Below, one piece after another: positions 44,149 through 53,570 of a stretch of DNA of 64,000 nucleotides. Positions within the stretch are counted from its first letter, which is position 1, and every line of letters starts with the position of its first letter. This stretch comes from an uncultured delta proteobacterium (lineage in GTDB: Bacteria; Myxococcota; Myxococcia; Myxococcales; Myxococcaceae): NCBI GenBank assembly GCA_963776345.1, contig CAVZMH010000022.1, positions 64,001-128,000 on the forward strand. The letters are read 5' to 3'. A program made the position numbers and the translations under genes. Under the pieces are notes generated by a model. That model did no database searches. It had not been told where the DNA came from and was given only the letters and a program-made list of their open reading frames with translations.

Positions 44149-45463
44149 CTACTGCCGGCGGCGGCGGACGAGCAGGCCGAGGGCGGCCAGGGCCAGGCCG
44201 GCGGCGGGAGCGCCGAAGGGAAGCGCGGTGCAGCCGCTGCCGTTGGAGCTGCTGGGCTGGACCTTGACCGTGAGGGCCGCGGTGGACTGGCTCACCCCGG
44301 GGTAGCGGGCGTCCGGAGTCACCATCTTCGCGGTGAGCTGGATGGTGTAGTCGCCGTCCGAGTCCGGGGTGAAGGTCGGCTTGCCCGACGCTGTCGGCGT
44401 ACGCGTAGCTCCAGTGGCGGCTGACGCTGGCCACGCCGATGGGGTTGTTGACCGCGGCGGACGAGCCGGCCGGCCGGGCAGAGACGGTCCAGGTGTAGCT
44501 GATGCCGACGTTGTTCCGGTTGGCGAACAGCGGCAGCCGGAGCGCCTCGCCGCGCTTGAGGGTGATGCTGCCACCGGCGCTCACCGCGAAGGCCGCGTTG
44601 GGGTCGAGGCAGGCGTTGGGGTTGGACGGGTCGATGACCACGCAGTAGCGCGGGTCGCAGGCGTCGCCCACGCCGTCGCCGTCGTCGTCGCGCTGGTCAG
44701 CGTTGGCGACGGTGGGGCAGTTGTCCTGGGCGTTCAGCACGCCGTCGTTGTCGATGTCCTTGTCGCAGGCGTCACCGATGCCGTCGTTGTCGGTGTCCTT
44801 CTGGTCGGGGTTGGCGACGGTGGGGCAGTTGTCGCGGGCGTCGTCCACGCCGTCACCGTCGGTGTCCACCACGCACTGCTGGCCGGGGATGCTGAGCGGA
44901 TTGCTCGCGTCGGCGATGCGGGGGCAGTGGTCCTGGGCATCCGGCACGCCGTCGTTGTCGTCGTCGGGGTCGCAGGCGTCGCCGATGCCGTCCTTGTCGG
45001 TGTCGAGCTGGTCGGCGTTGGGGATGGTGGGGCAGTTGTCCTGGGCGTTGGCGATGCCGTCGCCGTCCTTGTCGTCGTCGCAGGCGTCGCCCTTGCCGTC
45101 GCCGTCGGTGTCGCGCTGGTCGGGGTTGGCGACCGTCGGGCAGTTGTCGCAGGCGTCGCCCACGCCGTCACCGTCGCCGTCGGCCTGGTCGCGGTTGGCG
45201 ACGAAGGGGCAGTTGTCGAAGCCGTCGGACTTGCCGTCGCCGTCGGCGTCGTCGGTGTAGCTGAGCGTCTTGCCGTCGTCGGTGTAGCTCACCCACACCG
45301 AGCAGCCGCAGCCACAGCCACAGCCGCCGCCCTGTTCCTGGGGCGTGCCGCACTGGGAGCCGAGACATTCGGGGTTGTCACTGTTCTGCGCCAACGCCGG
45401 CACGGCCCACGCGAGCGTGAGGCCGACCACCAGCGAACCAATCCATCGTGCGTTCTTCATCAT
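44149..45463 (-). CDS. mtsC: Thrombospondin type-3 repeat adhesin with MYXO-CTERM anchor, MtsC-like copy 1; +1 frameshift at 44384-44386
   Basis: Signal; CGCGCGC; many DNCP..N.DQ.D.DGDG.GDACD repeats; shifted tail GSGCTALPFGAPAAGLALAALGLLVRRRRQ. Confidence 0.8.
44156..45409. repeat. 1.25-kb direct repeat, copy 1 (pairs with 47482-48741)
   Basis: Near-identical sequence with a few substitutions and one 6-bp indel. Confidence 0.95.
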
Positions 45464-45497
45464 TTCAATCCCTTCCGCAGGAGCGAGGGAGCAAGGA

Positions 45498-45513
45498 AGC
45501 AAGAGGCGCGCCG
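45498..45513 (-). promoter_or_regulatory. sigma54-type -24/-12 promoter for mtsC copy 1
   Basis: Minus strand CGGCGCG-CCTC-TTGCT; GG-N10-GC spacing; about 35 nt upstream of the ATG. Confidence 0.6.
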
Positions 45514-45644
45514 CTCGTCCGGGTCCGAAAAAACCGCTGTGTTCGTGGAAGTTGCGCTCGTCGCGCCGCTCCAGAAGGTGTGGGTGTGGGGTCGGGCCCC
45601 CTCTGAGTCCGTGGGGTGAGCCCCCCGCCGGTCCTGGATCAGGA

Positions 45645-47234
45645 TCATCGGCCCACCACGAAGGCATCCGGAGTGAGGCTGATCGTCCCCGGCGGGTTCT
45701 TGGTGTTGGGCGGGGAGAAGACCACCCGCTGCTCGAAGGTCTCGGCGATGCCCACGCCGTGCGGGTCGTTGGACCGGCCGGACTGGAAGTACAGGATGAT
45801 GTCGTTGGTGCCCGCGGGGATGATGTTGCCCAGCGGGTCGGGCCGGGCCTGCGTCGCGACCAGCGACACGTTGGTCGCGCGCACGTGGTAGCAGGCGCGG
45901 CCGTCGGCGGTCGGGTTGGCGTCGCTCACCTGCACCACGTAGCCCCGGTCGGCGCGGTACTCGCCGTCGTTGCTCAAGGGGTCGGTGTGGCCCGTGACCT
46001 CGTCGGCGTTGGAGGCGCCGTCGCGGTCGGTGTCGGTCAGGTCCTCGGGGACCAGCGGGTTGGTCCGGGACATCACCTCGACGAAGTCGCTGAGGCCGTC
46101 CCCGTCGGTGTCGGCCACGCAGGGGTCGGTCCCGATGACCCGCTCCTCGCACTCGTTGAGGAGGTCGGCGTCGTCGTCCAGGAACTTGTTGCACTGGATG
46201 ACGCCGGAGATGTCGTCCTTCAGGGGGTCCAGCCCCGCGGCGCGCTCGAGCCCGTCGCCGAGCCCGTCGCCGTCGGTGTCCGGGTTGAGCGGGTCGGTGC
46301 CGATCGCCTTCTCCTCGTCGTCGGACAGCCCGTCGCCGTCCGAGTCGACCAGCTGCTGGCCGGCGCGAGCGAGCGCGTTCCGGTTGAAGGCGAAGAAGCG
46401 CTTGATGGTGAGATCGCGCTGCACCGAGGCGAAGCTGACGCCGCCCAGCACCGCGTCCAGCGTCTGGTCGTTCGCGGTGCGCGGGGTGGTGCCGCCACCC
46501 GCGGTGGAGATGACGGTGTCCTGATCCACCACCGCCTGATCCGGACCGGGCGGGTTGTCGAAGATGTAGATGGGCTGGATGCTGACCTGGCCGGCGCCGT
46601 ACTGCTGCTCCAGCGCCTTGATCTCGCCGGTCACCTCGTTGAGCTCGCACTTGGAGCAATCCAGCGAGGTGGGCAGCACCGTGCACTGGGTGGCCAGCCC
46701 GGCGTTCAGCGCGGGGTAGTCGCAGCTGGTGTCCGCGGAGGCCTGGAGCATGACGATCAGGTACCGGGTGCGGTTCACCGATCCGCGGCAGGCGGTCTGC
46801 ATGTCACCGGAGAGGATGCTCTTGGCCAGCTTGAGCGCGCTCCGCATGCTCACCGGCCCCACCTGCTGGAAGGCGGGGTAGTTCAGGAGCTGCCCCAGCA
46901 TCTGCGTTCCGTCCACGAAGGTGCCCTGCAGACCCTGGGCGGTCACGTGGTACGCGGCCAGCGCGAACTTCACGTTGGTGCCGGCGCGCTGCGCGGCGTT
47001 CTGGATGCTGGTGACGATCGCCCCCACGGTCGAGGTCGGCACGGTGTTCCCGCCCTCGACCAGGAAGAGGACCTTCACCGGGAAGGTGTCGCCGGTCGCC
47101 AGGGGCACGCAGACGTCGCCTTCGAAGGCGGTGCGATCCGGCCCCGGGATGCCGCTCCCCTGAAGCGCGTAGACGCCCGCGTCGGTGCAGGCGGCGCTGG
47201 AGATCAGAAGAACGAGTGCGAGGAGCCTGCGCAT
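45645..47234 (-). CDS. VWA-like + thrombospondin-3 lipoprotein (MtsB-like)
   Basis: MRRLLALVLLISSAAC; FPVKVLF; degenerate MIDAS; DSDGDG/DTDGDG repeats. Confidence 0.78.
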   Translation of the reverse strand: MRRLLALVLLISSAACTDAGVYALQGSGIPGPDRTAFEGDVCVPLATGDTFPVKVLFLVEGGNTVPTSTVGAIVTSIQNAAQRAGTNVKFALAAYHVTAQGLQGTFVDGTQMLGQLLNYPAFQQVGPVSMRSALKLAKSILSGDMQTACRGSVNRTRYLIVMLQASADTSCDYPALNAGLATQCTVLPTSLDCSKCELNEVTGEIKALEQQYGAGQVSIQPIYIFDNPPGPDQAVVDQDTVISTAGGGTTPRTANDQTLDAVLGGVSFASVQRDLTIKRFFAFNRNALARAGQQLVDSDGDGLSDDEEKAIGTDPLNPDTDGDGLGDGLERAAGLDPLKDDISGVIQCNKFLDDDADLLNECEERVIGTDPCVADTDGDGLSDFVEVMSRTNPLVPEDLTDTDRDGASNADEVTGHTDPLSNDGEYRADRGYVVQVSDANPTADGRACYHVRATNVSLVATQARPDPLGNIIPAGTNDIILYFQSGRSNDPHGVGIAETFEQRVVFSPPNTKNPPGTISLTPDAFVVGR

Positions 47235-47355
47235 GCGTTGGAGAGTGCGGAGTGTAGCCTCTGGCGCGCGCCGCGGATCGTCCGTGGATCTTTCCACCAT
47301 CGTCCGGCGTGCCCGAATCGTGCGCGCCGGTGCGACACGTCCCCACGTCGAGCCG

Positions 47356-47399
47356 AAAAAAAAACCCGCCACGGGGAGCGGGGGACTCTCCGTGGCGAG
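47356..47399 (-). terminator. Intrinsic terminator after mtsC copy 2
   Basis: CGCCACGGGGAG..CTCTCCGTGGCG stem with A9 on the plus strand (U-tract on minus). Confidence 0.75.
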
Positions 47400-47474
47400 T
47401 GGACTCCGGAGCCGCTCGGGACGCGGCGCGAAAGGGGAGTCAGTTGTCCCGATCGGTCTCCGGAGTCCTGCTTC

Positions 47475-48786
47475 TCAGGAACGGCGGCGGCGGACGAGCA
47501 GGCCGAGGGCGGCCAGGGCCAGGCCGGCGGCGGGAGCGCCGAAGGGAAGCGCGGTGCAGCCGCTGCCGTTGGAGCTGCTGGGCTGGACCTTGACCGTGAG
47601 GGCCGCGGTGGACTGGCTCACCCCGGGGTAGCGGGCGTCCGGAGTCACCATCTTCGCGGTGAGCTGGATGGTGTAGTCGCCGTCCGAGTCGGGGGTGAAG
47701 GTCGGCTTGCCCGACGCTGTCGGCGTACGCGTAGCTCCAGTGGCGGCTGACGCTGGCCACGCCGATGGGGTTGTTGACCGCGGCGGACGAGCCGGCCGGC
47801 CGGGCGGAGACGGTCCAGCTGTAGCTGATGCCGACGTTGTTCCGGTTGGCGAACAGCGGCAGCCGGAGCGCCTCGCCGCGCTTGAGGGTGATGCTGCCGC
47901 CGGCGCTCACCGCGAAGGCCGCGTTGGGGTCGAGGCAGGCGTTGGGGTTGGACGGGTCGATGACCACGCAGTAGCGCGGGTCGCAGACGTCGCCCACGCC
48001 GTCGCCGTCGTCGTCGCGCTGGTCAGCGTTGGCGACGGTGGGGCAGTTGTCCTGGGCGTTCAGCACGCCGTCGTTGTCGATGTCCTTGTCGCAGGCGTCA
48101 CCGATGCCGTCGTTGTCGGTGTCCTTCTGGTCGGGGTTGGCGACGGTGGGGCAGTTGTCGCGGGCGTCGTCCACGCCGTCACCGTCGGTGTCCACCACGC
48201 ACTGCTGGCCGGGGATGCTGAGCGGATTGCTCGCGTCGGCGATGCGGGGGCAGTGGTCCTGGGCATCCGGCACGCCGTCGTTGTCGTCGTCGGGGTCGCA
48301 GGCGTCGCCGATGCCGTCCTTGTCGGTGTCGAGCTGGTCGGCGTTGGGGATGGTGGGGCAGTTGTCCTGGGCGTTGGCGATGCCGTCGCCGTCCTTGTCG
48401 TCGTCGCAGGCGTCGCCCTTGCCGTCGCCGTCGGTGTCGCGCTGGTCGGGGTTGGCGACCGCCGGGCAGTTGTCGCAGGCGTCGCCCACGCCGTCACCGT
48501 CGCCGTCGGCCTGGTCGCGGTTGGCGACGAAGGGGCAGTTGTCGAAGCCGTCGGACTTGCCGTCGCCGTCGGCGTCGTCGGTGTAGCTGAGCGTCTTGCC
48601 GTCGTCGGTGTAGCTCACCCACACCGAGCAACCGCAGCCACAGCCACAGCCACAGCCGCCGCCCTGTTCCTGGGGCGTGCCGCACTGGGTGCCGAGACAT
48701 TCGGGGTTGTCACTGTTCTGCGCCAACGCCGGCACGGCCCAGAGCAGGCCCAGGCCGACCACGAGGCTTCCGAGAATTCGGGTCAT
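47475..48786 (-). CDS. mtsC: MtsC-like copy 2 (TSP3 repeats, MYXO-CTERM); same +1 frameshift at 47710-47712
   Basis: Different signal peptide (MTRILGSLVVGLGLLWAVPALA), near-identical mature region, ends VRRRRS*. Confidence 0.8.
47482..48741. repeat. 1.26-kb direct repeat, copy 2
   Basis: Matches 44156-45409 with one extra Gly-Cys codon pair. Confidence 0.95.
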
Positions 48787-48814
48787 GTCAGACGATCTCC
48801 TCATCCTCCTCGCT

Positions 48815-48830
48815 AGCAACGAGCGATCCA
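48815..48830 (-). promoter_or_regulatory. sigma54-type -24/-12 promoter for mtsC copy 2
   Basis: Minus strand TGGATCG-CTCG-TTGCT, GG-N10-GC, followed by a GAGGAG SD and ATG 48786. Confidence 0.6.
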
Positions 48831-49029
48831 GGGACCGCCGGTGGAGCGAAACGCCGGGAATGCGGGGAGTTGATGGATCGCGCGGCGGTGGGCAGGCGTG
48901 GGCTGTGGCGCCGGCTCCGGGGCTCCGCTCCACACCTGCTCGACGCCGCGCAGCCCCGGGACGCGGGCCTCAGCCCCCCGCACCAGGGGGACGCCCGCGG
49001 AGCGGCGCAGGGGCGCCGCGCATCCCGGC

Positions 49030-51282
49030 TCAGAGCGTCAGGAGGTACGCGAGCAGGTCGGCCTTCTCCTGCGACTGGAGGGCGGCGGCGTCGCCGTGCG
49101 GCGGCGCGGAGTACCGGTCGATCATCGCCCGCAGCGGCACCCGGTCGGACACCACGGCCCGGCCGCTCTCCTCCCGGAAGCCGGCCAGCCCGGTGGTGAG
49201 CATGGGGAACACGTCCCAGCTGCCGACCAGCGAGGGAACGCCCACGCCCCGAAACACCGTTTCCTGATCTCCCGTTCGCAGCGGGAACGCGCGCGGGGTG
49301 CCCACGTCGATGAAGTGCCCCCGCGTCGACAGCTCCTGGTCGGTGGTGAAGAGAGGCGGGGGATGGCAGCGGACGCAGTCGGCCTTCCCCTCGAAGAGCC
49401 GCATCCCCTCCAGCGGCCGGCCGGTGCCTCCGCCCGGGAGGGCGACCGAGGCCGGTGGCGCGCCGTCCGGACCCCGGTACGGGTTCGGCAGGTTGGTCAC
49501 GGTCGCGCTGAAGAGTGTGAGCTGCCGGACCTCGGACTCGGTCAGGGTGGGGTTCAGGTAGCGGTTCCGGTCGCCGACCATCCGGGCGGTCTCGGCGAGG
49601 CTGAACGTGCTCGCCGGCGTGAAGTACGGCGGCGTCTCGCGCGCGCCTCGCACCGAGGGGCTCCGGTAGATGCGCAAGGGGTGGGTCTTCTCGAAGAGGA
49701 TGCCCTCGTCATGGCCCTCGGGGTGGCAGCTGTCGCAGCTCATCCCGCTCCGGCCCATGTCCGCGAAGTAGAGCACCTGGCCCAGGCGGCGCTCCCGCGG
49801 GCCGATGGACCGCTCGAGCGGGATCTGCCGGATCACCCGCGGGTGCTGGGTCCGGACGTCCTCCACCACCGCCACCGTCCCGGTGAACCGGTCGAGCACG
49901 TAGAGCTGGGTGCCGGTGGCGGACAGCGCGAGCGCCCGCGGGCCCGAGTGCAGCTCCACCCCGGCCCGGCCGTTCACCCCGTAGTCCGCGGCGTCGCGCG
50001 CCAGAGGGAACTCGGGAGGCGGGAGCACCGGGAGCCGCCACAGCTCGGCCTTGCGCGCGCGGTCGTCGCCGCCGGCGAGCGCGGCCGCGTCGACCGCCCG
50101 GACCAGCCCCAGCGCGGTGTCGGCGACGTAGAGCCTCGCGGTGTCCTCGTCGAACGCCATGCCCTCGGTGACCCCGGCGCCGAACCCGAGGTGCCGCTCG
50201 AAGCGCCGCGCCCCGAGGTCGACCACCCCGACCCCGCCGTTCATCGAGACCTCCATCCGCTGGGGGTTGGGTCCGATGTTGGGTCCGATGCTGGTGACGA
50301 ACAGCTTCCCCAGCCGCACCGCCCAGAGCAGCGACCGCGGCGCCTTGCCGCCCATCACGTCGCGGGCGTGGGGCTCGGTGTGCCCGCCGACGATGGCCGT
50401 GCCCGGCCTCGGCCCGATGGACGGGGTGGCGCGCCCGTCGTCGAGCCACAGCGCCTCGAGCTCGCCGCTGCCCTGGCTCCCCACCACCACTGCGGCCCCG
50501 GCGAGGGCGAGCGGCTTCGGGTCGGGCAGCACCTCCCTCCGCCAGAGCTCGCGGCCGTCCTCCATCGAGAGTGCGCGCACCGTGTTCTCCACCGTCTCGG
50601 CGACGACCAGCAGCCGCCGGCGGGCGTCCACCACCAGGCCCGTGGCGTAGGCGGGCGCGGGGAGGGTGCGAAGCACGGCGCCGGTCGCGCCGTCGAGGAT
50701 CCACAGCTCGGGCGCCCAGGCGTGCGCGACGGCCAGACGCGGCGACCCGTCGGGCTCGGTCCAGGCCGCGAGCGCCGAGGGCCCGTCGCCGGCGGGGAAG
50801 CGCGAGACCTCCCCCTTCACCGGGTCGACGCGGACCAGGGTGTCCGTGGTCGGCGAGCTGGCCCACAGCACGTCCCCCGCCCGGACCAGCAGCGTGTAGT
50901 CGGCGAACCCTGCGTCGTTCACCACCGTGAGCCCGACCCCGGAGCGGCTGCGCTGTCCTTCCACCGAGAGCACCGCCGTGACCTGTGGCGTCTCCGCCGG
51001 CAGCGCCAGGTCCGCGGGGAGCCGCGCGTAGGCGTGCCGCGCGTCCACCACCGTCATCGGCACCGTGCGGTCGAACGGCGCCGAGAGCCGGAGCTTCATC
51101 CCCCGGCGGAGGTTCTCGCCGTAGAGCGACACCGGCTGCGCGGTCTGGTTGCTCACCACGCGCGGGCCGACGTCGGTCAGGCGGCCCTCGGGCCGGCGCA
51201 GCTGGATCTGCCAGACGATGCCGGCCACGAGCGCCAGGAGGGCGAAGCTCCCGGCCAGCAGCGCTGAGCGGCGGCGGCTCAC
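49030..51282 (-). CDS. mtsA: MtsA-like: membrane-anchored YncE-type beta-propeller + di-heme cytochrome c (CcP/MauG-like) domain
   Basis: N-terminal TM; propeller blades (GPSALA, GPRALAL); CDSCH and CVRCH heme motifs; SPSVRGARETPPYF and VPSLVG motifs. Confidence 0.7.
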   Translation of the reverse strand: MSRRRSALLAGSFALLALVAGIVWQIQLRRPEGRLTDVGPRVVSNQTAQPVSLYGENLRRGMKLRLSAPFDRTVPMTVVDARHAYARLPADLALPAETPQVTAVLSVEGQRSRSGVGLTVVNDAGFADYTLLVRAGDVLWASSPTTDTLVRVDPVKGEVSRFPAGDGPSALAAWTEPDGSPRLAVAHAWAPELWILDGATGAVLRTLPAPAYATGLVVDARRRLLVVAETVENTVRALSMEDGRELWRREVLPDPKPLALAGAAVVVGSQGSGELEALWLDDGRATPSIGPRPGTAIVGGHTEPHARDVMGGKAPRSLLWAVRLGKLFVTSIGPNIGPNPQRMEVSMNGGVGVVDLGARRFERHLGFGAGVTEGMAFDEDTARLYVADTALGLVRAVDAAALAGGDDRARKAELWRLPVLPPPEFPLARDAADYGVNGRAGVELHSGPRALALSATGTQLYVLDRFTGTVAVVEDVRTQHPRVIRQIPLERSIGPRERRLGQVLYFADMGRSGMSCDSCHPEGHDEGILFEKTHPLRIYRSPSVRGARETPPYFTPASTFSLAETARMVGDRNRYLNPTLTESEVRQLTLFSATVTNLPNPYRGPDGAPPASVALPGGGTGRPLEGMRLFEGKADCVRCHPPPLFTTDQELSTRGHFIDVGTPRAFPLRTGDQETVFRGVGVPSLVGSWDVFPMLTTGLAGFREESGRAVVSDRVPLRAMIDRYSAPPHGDAAALQSQEKADLLAYLLTL

Positions 51283-52643
51283 TCCGAGTCGGACTGGACC
51301 AGGCCGTACTTGTGAAGGAGCGAGTAGAGGTGCTTCCGGTCCAGCTCGGCCTCCCGGGCGGCCCTGGCCACGTTTCCCTTGGACCGGGCCAGGAGCCGGG
51401 TCAGGTACTCGCGCTCGAACTGCCGGACCAGGCCCTCCTTGCACTCCTTGAACGGTCCGCCGTAGCTGGCCGGGAGGACGTCACCGCCGGCCGGGACGTC
51501 CCTGGCGAACTCGCGGAGCAGCGAGCCGCTGGATAGCTCCGGGATGTCCACCATGTGCTGGGCGCGCTCCAGCGCGTTCCGCAGCTCGCGCACGTTGCCC
51601 GGCCAGGCGTGGGCCATGAACTGATCGCGCACCGCGGCCGGTAGACGGTCCCAGAGGGTCTCGCCGGCGAAGGCGTCCACCAGGAGCGGGATGTCCTCCT
51701 TGCGGTCGCGGAGCGGCGGCAGGCTGACGGTGAACACCGAGAGGCGGAAGTAGAGGTCCTCGCGGAAGCGGCCGGCCTGGGTCTCGGTCCAGAGGTCCTT
51801 CTTGCTCGCCGCCACGATGCGCGCGTCGAATGCAATCGACGCGCTGCTCGCGCCGAGGCGGCGGAATTCGCGGTCCTCGATGGCCCGGAGCAGCTTGGGC
51901 TGGAGGTCCAGCGCCAGGTCGTCGATCTCGTCGAGGAAGAGGGTGCCCCCGTGCGCCCGCTCCAGGCAGCCGATGCGCTGGTTCACCGCGCCGGTGAAGG
52001 CGCCCTTCTCGTGACCGAAGAGCTCGCTCTCGATCAGGCTGTCGCTCACCGCGGCGCAGTCGAAGACCACCAGCGGCCCTTCGTGGCGGGGTGACAGCTG
52101 GTGGATGGCCTTGGCCGCGGCGCCCTTGCCGCTCCCGGTCTCGCCGACCAGGAGCAGCGTCGAGTCGGTGGAGCTGATTCGCTTCAGCAGGGCGAAGATC
52201 TGCCGCATCGGCACGCTCTTGCCGACCAGCTCGCCCAGCCGGTCCTCCACCGACGGGGCGATGCGCACCGGGGTGAGCGTGGACTGGAAGCGCAGCTGCA
52301 CGTCGCCCAGCTCGAGCAGCTGCCCGGGCTTGAGGTACGCCTCGCGGATCTGCGCCCCGTCGATGAAGGTGCCGTTGGTCGACTGGAGGTCCTGGACCAG
52401 GAACCGGTCGCCCTGCCGCTGGATGACCAGGTGGTTGCGGCTCACCGTGGGTGAGTCGATGACCACGTCGTTGTCCGGGGACTTGCCGATCTTCAGCGAG
52501 GTGTCGGTGATGGGGAACGACTTCCCGACTCCGTCGGTGTTCATCAGCACCAGGTGGAACTCCTGGAAGCCGAGGCGCTCGTTCTGGGCGCGCAGGCCCA
52601 GGACGGTGTGTGCGGGAATGGTCGCGGAGGAACCGGTGGTCAT
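51279..52643 (-). CDS. FHA-domain sigma54-dependent enhancer-binding protein (Fis HTH)
   Basis: IGKS..VSRNH..STNGT FHA; GETGSGK, ESELFGHEKGAFTGA, LFLDEI, FREDLYFRL, WPGNVREL; C-terminal HTH. Confidence 0.95.
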   Translation of the reverse strand: MTTGSSATIPAHTVLGLRAQNERLGFQEFHLVLMNTDGVGKSFPITDTSLKIGKSPDNDVVIDSPTVSRNHLVIQRQGDRFLVQDLQSTNGTFIDGAQIREAYLKPGQLLELGDVQLRFQSTLTPVRIAPSVEDRLGELVGKSVPMRQIFALLKRISSTDSTLLLVGETGSGKGAAAKAIHQLSPRHEGPLVVFDCAAVSDSLIESELFGHEKGAFTGAVNQRIGCLERAHGGTLFLDEIDDLALDLQPKLLRAIEDREFRRLGASSASIAFDARIVAASKKDLWTETQAGRFREDLYFRLSVFTVSLPPLRDRKEDIPLLVDAFAGETLWDRLPAAVRDQFMAHAWPGNVRELRNALERAQHMVDIPELSSGSLLREFARDVPAGGDVLPASYGGPFKECKEGLVRQFEREYLTRLLARSKGNVARAAREAELDRKHLYSLLHKYGLVQSDSE

Positions 52644-52782
52644 TCGGGGAGGGGACCATTCTACGGAGTTCGGCACGCAGCGAAAGGTCCGGCCCCTCCC
52701 ACGGAGTGCACGCACACACCCCCGCGCACAACGGCGGCCCGGGCGGTGTGGTAGTCCGTTCGGCGCAGGACGGCTCACACCC

Positions 52783-53493
52783 ATGGGGCGCGGAGAACGG
52801 CGGAGATCGCTCACGGTGGTGGGCGGAGCGCGCGGCGAGGTGGCGCGCTACGCCTCGTTGCTGACCGAGGCCGGAGGCCCGGTGCTGGTGCTCGGCGTCG
52901 CTGATGGCCGGCTCGCCGAGTCGCTGGTCCGCCGTGGCGTCCCGGTGACCGGGGTGGACCCGAGCCCGCGGATGCTCGCCCGCGCCGAGGAGACGCGAGC
53001 CGGGCTCCCGGGCGAGATGCAGGGACAGATGCAGCTGCTCCGCGCCGACCTGCGCTCGCTCCGGCTGTCGCAGCGATTCGCGGCGGTGTTCGCCCCGCGC
53101 GATGCGGTGGCCCTGGTGGCGACCCGGGGAGACCTCGAGGCGCTGTTCCTCACCGCGCGCGAGCACCTCCAGCCCGGCGCGAGCTTCGCCTTCGATCTGT
53201 CGGTCCCGCCGGCGCGGTGGCTCCTCCCCGATGACATCGACCCGCACGAGGGTCTCCAGCCGGAGCGGGCGGTGTTCACCCCGCACCTCCGCAGCCGCCG
53301 CACCCGCGAGGGGCACGCGGGGCTGCACCGGCTTCTCCTCCGCCACTTCACCGCGCGGGAGGTGGACCACGCGCTCGCCGGCGCCGGGCTCGAGGCGCTC
53401 ACCCGCGACCGGGACTTCGAGGGGCGCGCGTGGGAGCCGGGCGCAGACCGGATGGTGGTGGTGGCGCAGGCGCGCCCCGGTGCAAGCGGCTGA
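52783..53493 (+). CDS. Class I SAM-dependent methyltransferase-like protein
   Basis: PVLVLGVADGRLA, VTGVDPSPRML, ADLRSL, HLQPGASFAFD. Confidence 0.7.
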   Translation: MGRGERRRSLTVVGGARGEVARYASLLTEAGGPVLVLGVADGRLAESLVRRGVPVTGVDPSPRMLARAEETRAGLPGEMQGQMQLLRADLRSLRLSQRFAAVFAPRDAVALVATRGDLEALFLTAREHLQPGASFAFDLSVPPARWLLPDDIDPHEGLQPERAVFTPHLRSRRTREGHAGLHRLLLRHFTAREVDHALAGAGLEALTRDRDFEGRAWEPGADRMVVVAQARPGASG

Positions 53494-53570
53494 GCGCGGG
53501 GCCCGGGTCGAAGGCTCGACCCCGGGACCACGACCGGGGCTGCACCCGCCGAGCCCCGGGAGCGCCGCGC

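Noticed and set aside
44640..45290. Regular repeated units that could suggest a CRISPR array or tandem repeat
   Set aside because: They are codons for TSP3 Asp/Gly/Cys repeats; there is no repeat-spacer structure and no cas gene
53494..53570. Short GC hairpins between convergent genes
   Set aside because: No second copy seen and no U-tract; expected by chance at this GC content
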